Source: Verrucomicrobia bacterium UBA6015 (GTDB taxonomy: Bacteria > Verrucomicrobiota > Kiritimatiellia > UBA8416). From it: DNA of 64,000 bases. The notes under the pieces are model-generated. The model was not told where the DNA came from. It saw only the letters and a list, made by a program, of their open reading frames with translations, and searched no databases. Position 1 is the stretch's first letter, and each line of letters begins with the position of its first letter. Both the position numbers and the translations under genes were made by a program. The DNA lies in assembly GCA_002428045.1 (NCBI GenBank), contig DIZZ01000281.1:1634-65633 (forward strand), read 5' to 3'. Below, piece by piece: positions 8,471 through 16,841 of this stretch.

Positions 8471-10186
8471 TCACAGCCTGAAAAACCGGAAGTCGGCGGG
8501 GCTGACTGTGCAGGCGACGTGGCGGGTGATGGTCAGCTCGGGGTAGCGCCGCAGAAGGTCGGCAGCATAGGCGTTGACCTGTTCGACCCCGTCGGTCGGC
8601 GGCTCGGTCCAGCCCATGACCCCCAGCCTGGCCGCTTTTTCCTTCGGGTAATGCTTGAACTCGATCAGGTCCGCCTTGTTCTCGAACACGGTTCCTGCAC
8701 GCCCGATCGCCTCCCAGTCGCTGCGGCCCGTGGCATGGTTGACCTCGATCGCGAACATGAAGTAGTGTGAGAGGTACCGTGTACAAAGCTCATAGAAGGT
8801 CGTCCGGAACAGGTTCTCGTTGGCCTTGTCAAAGGCCTGCGCTGGAATCTGCCCGACATACTGTTTCCAATAGCCGGCAAACAGGGCCGCCCAGTCGTGA
8901 TCCTTGAGGAACTGCCGGAACATGTCCGTGTAGCCCATCGACACCTCGATATGCTCAAGCTCGTTGAAATACTCCGTGAAGATCTTTTTCACCGTCAGAT
9001 TCGGGAACTCCAGGCTGAATCGATCCCGGAATGTCACCATTCCCAGATAATACAGGCTCAACGGGAAAAAGGCCTTCTCGATAAACCGCTCGCGGTTGAA
9101 GTTGCTCTTGAGCATTGCCGGGTCCACTGGCAGCTCCCCGTCAAGCATCAGCGTCTCGACCAGCTCGCGCGTCTCCTTGTCGGTCCCGCACAGCCGCCGC
9201 AGCCAGTTGATGTCAGTGCGCAGGTTGTCGTCAATCGTCTCGGTCGGGATTCCCCCTTCGTTGATCAAAAGGGCGTGCAGATAAAAATTGCAGATCGTCG
9301 AATTATAAAGCGTCTCGCGTGCCTCCGGCAGAAGACGGTAGCCGTTGTAATGGATCCGCAGATCATCCCGCACACGCAGCTTGAGTGAATCAGGAAATCC
9401 ATGATCATTGAAAATCTCATCTACATAGCCATCCACTTCCGCCTGCGTGAAGCCCATCATGTCCAGCGTGTGTTCCTTGAGCGTGATGATCTGCCCGATA
9501 TTGAAACCGCTTGTCAGGTCGTCCATCGTCACCGGCAGCACACCCGTAATGAACACGCGGGCGACCACGCCATCCCCCACCCCGGCCTTGATCACCTTGA
9601 AGAAGGTGCGCAGGAACGAATCCCCGGTCGTCAGTTCCTTGTAGAGTGCGTCCTGATGTGTCGTCAGGAGTTGGTTGGTGAAGTTGTCGTACTCGTCGAT
9701 AATGATATTGACGGGGGGACGCTTGCCATTCTTGACCTCTGTCAGAAGGGTGGATAGCGCACTCGACGCTTCATGCGCAACATCTTTCAGATCGACATCC
9801 AGCAAGTCGGCATAGTCTGAAAGGAATCGTGAAAAGGAATTACGGCATTCACGAAAGAAGAACTCCCGTATGGCCCCGTAATCCGCACCCACTTCAACCT
9901 TTGAGAAATCAAACCGCATGACCAGATGACTATTATGCGCAGTTGTCGGATTCCGCCCGATATCGGTATTGCCGAAGAGTTCGCCGAACCGATCCTTGCG
10001 GTTGACGTCGTAGTAGCACTCCATGATCGAGCACCACAGGCTCTTGCCGAAGCGGCGCGGGCGCAGGAACACCGGGATCTCGTATTTCTCCAGTTCATGA
10101 ATGAACCGGGTCTTGTCCACGAAATAGAAATGCTCCCGGATCAGTTTCTCGTAATTCGCTACCGCGTATGGAATACGTCGTTTCAT
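8471..10186 (-). CDS. AAA-ATPase-like / PD-(D/E)XK nuclease family protein (DUF1703-type), copy 2
   Basis: YFVDKTRFIHELE...RPRRFGKSLWCS, paralogous to 1431..3140. Start set at MKRRIPYAV; the track ORF begins at an upstream GTG. Confidence 0.7.
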   Translation of the reverse strand: MKRRIPYAVANYEKLIREHFYFVDKTRFIHELEKYEIPVFLRPRRFGKSLWCSIMECYYDVNRKDRFGELFGNTDIGRNPTTAHNSHLVMRFDFSKVEVGADYGAIREFFFRECRNSFSRFLSDYADLLDVDLKDVAHEASSALSTLLTEVKNGKRPPVNIIIDEYDNFTNQLLTTHQDALYKELTTGDSFLRTFFKVIKAGVGDGVVARVFITGVLPVTMDDLTSGFNIGQIITLKEHTLDMMGFTQAEVDGYVDEIFNDHGFPDSLKLRVRDDLRIHYNGYRLLPEARETLYNSTICNFYLHALLINEGGIPTETIDDNLRTDINWLRRLCGTDKETRELVETLMLDGELPVDPAMLKSNFNRERFIEKAFFPLSLYYLGMVTFRDRFSLEFPNLTVKKIFTEYFNELEHIEVSMGYTDMFRQFLKDHDWAALFAGYWKQYVGQIPAQAFDKANENLFRTTFYELCTRYLSHYFMFAIEVNHATGRSDWEAIGRAGTVFENKADLIEFKHYPKEKAARLGVMGWTEPPTDGVEQVNAYAADLLRRYPELTITRHVACTVSPADFRFFRL

Positions 10187-10298
10187 GGAAGACAGTATGC
10201 AACCGCAAAAACAAAAGGCAACCAGATTTTTCACCTGATTTCTTCACGGCATATTGAACGTGCGCAGGCAGACCGATTAAGCGCACAGGACACAAAAC

Positions 10299-11342
10299 CT
10301 ATGGTGGTGCCGATGGCGAAAGATTTGACTTCCCCCCTGTTGAAAGCAATCCACAGGCGGCGAGGATATCCTCCCCGCGTGATGCGCGCACCGTGGTTCG
10401 GATGCCTTTGCCGACCAGGGCCTCGCGGAATTCCTGGATGGTACCTTCCGGTGAACTTTCCAGCGGGGTGTCCGGGATGGGATGGAATCGGATCAGGTTC
10501 ATGCGGCAGCTCAGGCCGCCCAGCAGTCGCACGATTTCGCGAACATGCCGGGGGCTGTCGTTGATGCCCTTGAACATGATGTACTCAAAGGAAATCCGCC
10601 GCTGCGGGTCGGTGTTGCCGGCCTTCAGCAGGTCGACGACATCGGCGATGGGATAGACCTTCTCGACCGGCATGAACTGCTGGCGCTCGTCATGGAACGG
10701 GTTGTGCATACTGACGGCCAGATGGCAGGCGGAATGCGCAAGGAAATGCCGGATGCCCGGGATCAGGCCGATGGTCGACACGGTGATGCGGCGCGGACTC
10801 AAGGCGAGCCCCCAGTCGGCCGTCAGGATCTCGAGACTGCGCATCACGTTGTCCAGATTATCAAAGGGTTCGCCCATGCCCATATACACGATGTTGGTCA
10901 GGCGCTCCCGTTCCGGCAGGCTCAGGATCTGGTTCAGGATCTCGCCCGCCGACAATTGGGCCTGGAAGCCCTGCCTGCCGGTCATGCAGAACAGGCAGCC
11001 CATCTTGCAGCCCACCTGCGAGGAGACACACAGCGTGGCGCGGTCCCCGTCCGGAATATAGGCCGCTTCGACAAACCGGTTCTGCCGGGTCGGGTAAAGG
11101 TATTTCCGGGTGCCATCGGCCGACGTCTGGACCTTCGTGGCCTCGTTCAGGCCAAGGGTGAACCCGTCGCTGAGCCGTTGGCGGGCTTGTCGCGAGAGAT
11201 TGGTCATCGCATCAAACGAACGCGCAGGCTTCTTGTAGAGCCATTCACAGAGCTGCCGTCCCGAAAAGGAGGGAAGTCCCAGACGGGTGACGATCGCCTC
11301 CAGTTCCTCCGGTGTTTTGCCGATCAGGGGTTCTTCACTCAT
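10299..11342 (-). CDS. rlmN: 23S rRNA/tRNA m2A methyltransferase RlmN (radical SAM)
   Basis: CKMGCLFCMTG (Cx3Cx2C) and an RlmN-like N-terminus (SFSGRQLCEWLYKK). Length 347 aa. Confidence 0.85.
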   Translation of the reverse strand: MSEEPLIGKTPEELEAIVTRLGLPSFSGRQLCEWLYKKPARSFDAMTNLSRQARQRLSDGFTLGLNEATKVQTSADGTRKYLYPTRQNRFVEAAYIPDGDRATLCVSSQVGCKMGCLFCMTGRQGFQAQLSAGEILNQILSLPERERLTNIVYMGMGEPFDNLDNVMRSLEILTADWGLALSPRRITVSTIGLIPGIRHFLAHSACHLAVSMHNPFHDERQQFMPVEKVYPIADVVDLLKAGNTDPQRRISFEYIMFKGINDSPRHVREIVRLLGGLSCRMNLIRFHPIPDTPLESSPEGTIQEFREALVGKGIRTTVRASRGEDILAACGLLSTGGKSNLSPSAPP

Positions 11343-11485
11343 GACCAGAACGTATATCTCCGCCAGCAGATTATCAATCTATATGTTTGCAAATCGAACG
11401 TTTTTGGCGTATACGGTGTCGGCATAGAGTTTAGAAGTCTGTAGAGATATTACCAGTCTTCTGTAATAGAACCAAAGGAGTCACG

Positions 11486-14400
11486 ATGAAAAGGATACCC
11501 GCGTGTTTTCTAACCGTTGCATTGATCGCCTCCGGGACACAGGCTCTAGAAGCGCCGGTTACCCTCGGTGTATTCACGGGGGAGGAGGGTGTCTTCGGTC
11601 AGGGCGATCTGGTGCTGCCGATCCATCGCTATGACCAAGGGCTGCTTTTCTTCAATCCGCGGGTATCGGCCAGCGACAGCGATCAGCAGGAAACCAATAT
11701 CGGACTCGGCCTGCGGCAGCAGTTGGATTGGCCCGGTTCGTATATCCTCGGTGCCAACGTGTTCTATGACGGACGCTGGTCGGCCAACAACAACCGTTTC
11801 GACCAGATCGGTCTTGGGCTGGAACTGTTGAGCGACCGGATTGATGCGCGGGCCAACTACTATCTGCCCAACAAGGATATGTACCTGATCGATACCGTCC
11901 GGATGGAATCCGTCGAGCAGTCTGAATTTGTCAGGCGGCACGTCGACAACTGGTTTGAACCCTATGCCACCGGCAACCAGGTGAATCAGGATTACGGATG
12001 GCGCCTGACCACCCAGCGTACGGTGTTCACGGAAACAAGCTGGCAGATTTATGATCGCTACGAATCCGCCCTGGAAGGTTTCGACACCGAGATCGGCTGG
12101 CGGTTGCCGATGCTTGAGGACTGGGGTGAAACCCGCATTTTCGCTGGCTATCAATATTTTGACAATCCTTTCGGTCCTGAATTCAAGGGTGGCAAGGCGC
12201 GCATGGAAGTACGCATGTTCGATGGCTTGCTAACCCTCGACGCCCACGTTTACGAGGATGATGACCTGAACATGACCGACTACCTGGTTGGCATGCGGGT
12301 GCGCCTCCCGCTTGAACCCTCCGGTCTGGCCCTGTGGCGGAACCTGCGTCACCACCGCGTCCGGCAGGGCGGTCTGGCCGAGCGCTTGACGGAGATGGTG
12401 ATGCGCGACCCAAAGGTGCAGTCCCGCGAATCCGGCTACATCGCCGATCCCGATCTGCGTGGAATTGTGGTTGAGACGAAAACGAAGGTCACCCGCAACA
12501 CCCGCACCGATGGAACTGTTGTGGTGATGGAGGATGTTGTGTTTGTCAGCCCCGACGGGAACGATGGGGCTACCGGCACCGCCGAGGATCCGAAGCGGTC
12601 GATCCAGAACGGCGTGAATGCAGCGTACGGTCAGCAGCATGTCTATGTCTTCGGCGGCAACTACAACGAGTCCGTCGTGGTTAATCCGGGTGTGCTGTTG
12701 ATGGGCAGTGGGTGCATGATCCCGGCCAATGGTGGGCATTTCTTCGGGGGCGGTGTGCCGTCGGTGATCGTTGCTCCCGGCTCGGCGCCGGCTGCCGTCA
12801 CCATGCAGGATAATTCATTCGTGGGTGGGTTCGATATCAGCAATCCCGGCGGGCGCGGCATCTATTCCTCCGCCGGGGCACTGGTGATCCGCTGCAATTA
12901 CATCCACAATACGCTGGTCGGCGTGGAGGTCGAGCGGAGCGGCGATGTGGATCTGCTGCTCGCCAACAATACCCTCGCCAATAACACGCAGGACGGTGCG
13001 CGGATCAGTGGTACCGGTGCCAGCGGCACGTACCTAGTCAACGCCAGCGGCAACACGTTTGCAAACAATGGAGAAAACGGGATTTCCCTTTCCGCAGGAA
13101 ATTACGACACGGCCGTCGCCACGCTCGATGACAATACCGCCACCGGGAATGAGACGGGCTTGCGCGTCAGTCTGGATGCCGACGAATTGGCTATGCTGAG
13201 CATTGGCAATACCCGCGCCAACAACAACCGCGGGACGGGAATCCAGGCCAGTGTCTCCGCAGATCAAATGGCGGCTGCGCTGGTGGGGACGCCGCTGATC
13301 GGGGTGGATTCTCTCGGGTTTGAAGAGGCTAAAGTAGAGGGGTCTGACCATCCGTCTCTGGTGATCAGCAGCGCACCGGTTCAGGCCAGCGGCAACGGTG
13401 GCAACGGGATCGATCTTGATGTGCAGAGTGACCTGGTTGGCGCGGCACTACTCTTGGATGTCGAGGCCAGCAACAATGGCGGCCATGGTGCCCATGTCGC
13501 GGTGGATGGCAGCCTGGCAATCGGTTTGGCTGGGGCTTCCGGGAATGTCATGGAGGTCGCGCAGCTCGCGGTCGATCTGATCGAACTCCTTGACACGGAC
13601 ATGGCACTGCCGGAGCTTCCCACCCTGTCCGCCGGACCTTCGGTATTCAGTGGCAACGTCGGCGATGGACTGCTGCTGGATGTGAATTCCGACGTGCTTT
13701 CAATCGGCGTCGTGCTCGGTGCAGAGGCGGACAACAACGGTAACAACGGGCTTGCGATGAATGTCGCCACGGAGGATGGTATGGCCGCCATCGGCCTGAT
13801 GGCCCGATTCGATGCCGCTGGCAATGCGGGGCATGGTGCCGCCATGCAGGTTGACGGCGATTTCCTTGCCGCTGGGGTGCTGCTGGATGGCCGTGTCAGT
13901 GGCAACGGCGATGACGGTGTCGATCTGGACGTATGTAGCAGCGGCATTTCGCTGGGTCTGATCGCCTCGACGGATCCGTTGCGTGCGGTGGCCGATATGG
14001 TCAACACCGAGTTTGATCTCGATCCTCCCGTTGAAATCCAGGGAGAACCCTGGGGGGCCTTTGAAGCAACCGGCAATGCAGGGGACGGCATCCATGCCGA
14101 TATCGTAGGTGACATTGCCGCCATCGGCATCTTCCTGGACATCCAAGCCAACAACAATGGCGGGGATGGTGCTGACCTAACTTTGGATGGCGGCTTGGCA
14201 TCCATCGGGCTGGTGGCCTCAACCGAGAATATCATGGAGGTCGCCCAACTCGGCCTCAATGCAATCGGTCTGTTGGATGAGGATTTGAACCTGCCCGCCC
14301 TGCCCGCGCTGACCTCAGGGCCGGTCGAATTCAACAGCAACGGGGGCGAGGGGCTTGTCCTTGAGGTGGATTCAGGCCTGTTGGCGGTCGGTGCCGTGCT

Positions 14401-16753
14401 GGGTGCCGAGGCGAACAACAACGGCAACAACGGGCTTGAGATGACGGTTGATGCTGCGGAAGGGCTGGCTGCCATCGGCCTGATGGCTCGCTTCAGCGCC
14501 ACGAATAATGCCGATGACGGAGTCGATATGCTTGTCGAGGGTGGCAGTATCGCGGCGGGCGTGCTGCTCGATGGCCAGGCCAATAACAATGGCGACGACG
14601 GTGTCGATATGGGCGTTTACAGCGACGGTATCGCCCTGGGGCTGATCGCCTCGACGGATCCGTTGCGCTCGGTGGCTGGCTTGCTAAGTGATGCGCTTGA
14701 CCTCGATCGTTCCTTTGAAATCCCGGGTGAGCCATGGGGTGCCTTCGAGGCCTCGGGCAATGCGGGGGATGGTATCTATGCCGATATCCATGGAGACGAG
14801 ACCGCCATAGGGATATATCTCGATATCCACGCCAACAATAATGGGCTCTCCGGACTCTTCTCACATATCTATAGCGAAAATGGCAGCGCAATCGGGGTGG
14901 CTGGATCCAGTGATACCCTTTTCGATGTCCTGCCCGTCTTGCTGAGCGGCGACCCGGATGCAGCGCCATTGGATTATACCCCGATGGGGCCGATGATTGC
15001 GTCTGGCAATGGCAGTGGTGGCATCGCTCTTTTCGTTGAGGGACAGAATGCCATCGGCCTGATCGGTGGTACGGTTACCGATGACAACCAGGTGGGAGAA
15101 TTCTCCGGCGCTGGAACCCTGTTATCGGTTTCCGCCGAGTATGACGTGGCCGTCGGCATCGTCTACGATGCAGTTGCCCGCAATAATGCGGAAGATGGGG
15201 TTTCTGTTATTGTCGAGCAGCATGGAGAAGGAGATGCCGTCGCCGCGTTGGTCAATGTTCAGGCGAATGAAAATGGTCAAGATGGCATCCTTGCCCAAGT
15301 GCAATCGGAAGACGCCGCCTTTGTTCTCATGGCTGGGATTGATGCGCACGACAACGAGGGTCATGGTATCGGTGCCGAAGCGATTGCCGCTGGCGATGTC
15401 GGCATGGCATTCACCGCCGTTGACAGCAGTGGAAACGGAATGGCTGGCTTGATGGCGCTTGCCGTGTCCGGGGTCGACAGCAATATGGTCGTCGGCGTAG
15501 GGGCGCGGGCGGGTGGGTTGCTTGCTGAAGTGAATACGAATCAAGCCAATATATATGTCGGGGAAACAGCACTCGACGATCTGCGTGATGAGTTTGGTAA
15601 TAGCCTTCCTTTCGGCGACAGCCTGTACGCCCTGATGCCGACAGGAACCTGCACCTTTAGCGAGAACGAAGTTGGGGCCATGCTCGGTGCTGTTGCGATG
15701 GGGCACGGCGATGCTACCGTGGTGGTGTCGGGTAGCGAGTTTTCGGCTAACGAGATGCTTGGGTTGTACACCATGGCGATGGCGGAGGAAGGCGATGCCG
15801 CGATTGTCGCGATGGATAACGAGTTCGTGGATAACGGCGGGGATGGAATGAGTGCCAGGGCACGGACGCAGATTGGCGATGCTGCGGTTATTGCGGTTGA
15901 GAACGAATTCGCCAATAACCAGGATGCCGGACTGAATGCATACGCTAGAGTTTCGCTCGGTGAATCCATCGTGTTGGCTGATGGGAATAGCGCAACGGGG
16001 AACGAGGTTGGCATAACGGCATTAGCGGGGAATCAGTTCGGTGTTGCGGCTGTGGTTCTGGAGGAGAATCAGGTCACCGGCAACAACAGTGACGGTGTGC
16101 GCGTCCGTGCCGAGAGCGATGACGGCGATGCGGTGGTGGTGGCTGGCGAGAATGAGTTCTCGGATAACGGTGCGAATGGCATGATGGCCTTGGCCCGTAC
16201 GAGGCGGGGCGATGCTGCCGTCATCGCGGTTGATAACAGCATGTCCAATAACGGCGAGAATGGTATGATGGTCCTGGCGCGGACGCGGCGGGGCGATGCC
16301 ACTGTGCAGGCGGAAGTGAACGATTTTTCGGGTAACGGGAACGATGGGATGGTGGCCATGGCCAGGGCACGGCGCGGGGACGCTGTAGTGCGGGTTTTTG
16401 AGAACACGGCCAGCAACAACGGTGACGATGGGCTGATGGTGCATGCGCAGGCCGTCACCGGGGATGCCACGGCGCGAGTGCGGGGTAATACAACCAACGA
16501 TAACGGGGACGACGGGGTGTTTGCCAGTGCACTGACTGAAACCGGCGATGCCACGACACGGGTGCGGTTGAACACGGCCAACAACAATGGCGGTGACGGT
16601 TTGGTCAGCGAGACGCAGACCGATGTGGGCGATGTCACGGCGATCATGAACAACAACACGGCGACCAACAACGCGGGCAACGCGCTGTCATTGACGGCGA
16701 CCGTGATTACCTCCGGAACGATCACGTACGAGATGAACAACAATACCTTCTAA
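11486..16753 (+). CDS. Giant surface protein (1755 aa): inverse-autotransporter-like N-terminal beta-barrel plus right-handed beta-helix repeat passenger
   Basis: RBS AAAGGAG and a signal peptide MKRIPACFLTVALIASGTQA. Paired glycine motifs NIGLGLRQQLDW...GANVFYDGRW...IGLGLELLSDRIDARANYYLP resemble the intimin/invasin (IAT) barrel. Two ~240-aa near-identical tandem units follow, then many ~22-aa GDAxVxxxxNxxSNNGxDG repeats. Confidence 0.6.
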   Translation: MKRIPACFLTVALIASGTQALEAPVTLGVFTGEEGVFGQGDLVLPIHRYDQGLLFFNPRVSASDSDQQETNIGLGLRQQLDWPGSYILGANVFYDGRWSANNNRFDQIGLGLELLSDRIDARANYYLPNKDMYLIDTVRMESVEQSEFVRRHVDNWFEPYATGNQVNQDYGWRLTTQRTVFTETSWQIYDRYESALEGFDTEIGWRLPMLEDWGETRIFAGYQYFDNPFGPEFKGGKARMEVRMFDGLLTLDAHVYEDDDLNMTDYLVGMRVRLPLEPSGLALWRNLRHHRVRQGGLAERLTEMVMRDPKVQSRESGYIADPDLRGIVVETKTKVTRNTRTDGTVVVMEDVVFVSPDGNDGATGTAEDPKRSIQNGVNAAYGQQHVYVFGGNYNESVVVNPGVLLMGSGCMIPANGGHFFGGGVPSVIVAPGSAPAAVTMQDNSFVGGFDISNPGGRGIYSSAGALVIRCNYIHNTLVGVEVERSGDVDLLLANNTLANNTQDGARISGTGASGTYLVNASGNTFANNGENGISLSAGNYDTAVATLDDNTATGNETGLRVSLDADELAMLSIGNTRANNNRGTGIQASVSADQMAAALVGTPLIGVDSLGFEEAKVEGSDHPSLVISSAPVQASGNGGNGIDLDVQSDLVGAALLLDVEASNNGGHGAHVAVDGSLAIGLAGASGNVMEVAQLAVDLIELLDTDMALPELPTLSAGPSVFSGNVGDGLLLDVNSDVLSIGVVLGAEADNNGNNGLAMNVATEDGMAAIGLMARFDAAGNAGHGAAMQVDGDFLAAGVLLDGRVSGNGDDGVDLDVCSSGISLGLIASTDPLRAVADMVNTEFDLDPPVEIQGEPWGAFEATGNAGDGIHADIVGDIAAIGIFLDIQANNNGGDGADLTLDGGLASIGLVASTENIMEVAQLGLNAIGLLDEDLNLPALPALTSGPVEFNSNGGEGLVLEVDSGLLAVGAVLGAEANNNGNNGLEMTVDAAEGLAAIGLMARFSATNNADDGVDMLVEGGSIAAGVLLDGQANNNGDDGVDMGVYSDGIALGLIASTDPLRSVAGLLSDALDLDRSFEIPGEPWGAFEASGNAGDGIYADIHGDETAIGIYLDIHANNNGLSGLFSHIYSENGSAIGVAGSSDTLFDVLPVLLSGDPDAAPLDYTPMGPMIASGNGSGGIALFVEGQNAIGLIGGTVTDDNQVGEFSGAGTLLSVSAEYDVAVGIVYDAVARNNAEDGVSVIVEQHGEGDAVAALVNVQANENGQDGILAQVQSEDAAFVLMAGIDAHDNEGHGIGAEAIAAGDVGMAFTAVDSSGNGMAGLMALAVSGVDSNMVVGVGARAGGLLAEVNTNQANIYVGETALDDLRDEFGNSLPFGDSLYALMPTGTCTFSENEVGAMLGAVAMGHGDATVVVSGSEFSANEMLGLYTMAMAEEGDAAIVAMDNEFVDNGGDGMSARARTQIGDAAVIAVENEFANNQDAGLNAYARVSLGESIVLADGNSATGNEVGITALAGNQFGVAAVVLEENQVTGNNSDGVRVRAESDDGDAVVVAGENEFSDNGANGMMALARTRRGDAAVIAVDNSMSNNGENGMMVLARTRRGDATVQAEVNDFSGNGNDGMVAMARARRGDAVVRVFENTASNNGDDGLMVHAQAVTGDATARVRGNTTNDNGDDGVFASALTETGDATTRVRLNTANNNGGDGLVSETQTDVGDVTAIMNNNTATNNAGNALSLTATVITSGTITYEMNNNTF
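13460..14850 (+). repeat. Intragenic tandem duplication (2 x ~690 nt) inside the giant adhesin gene
   Basis: Protein unit A (ASNNGGHGAHVAVDGSLAIGL...GIFLDIQ) aligns along its full length with unit B (ANNNGGDGADLTLDGGLASIGL...GIYLDIH). The DNA units start at ~13462 and ~14150. Confidence 0.6.
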
Positions 16754-16841
16754 GCCTGACGGGTGACCGCCGAAGTGAAATTCCCCCGTTCCCCGAAACT
16801 AGATCTTGTTTTGAGATCAAGGGTTGGGTATATATGCGCGC

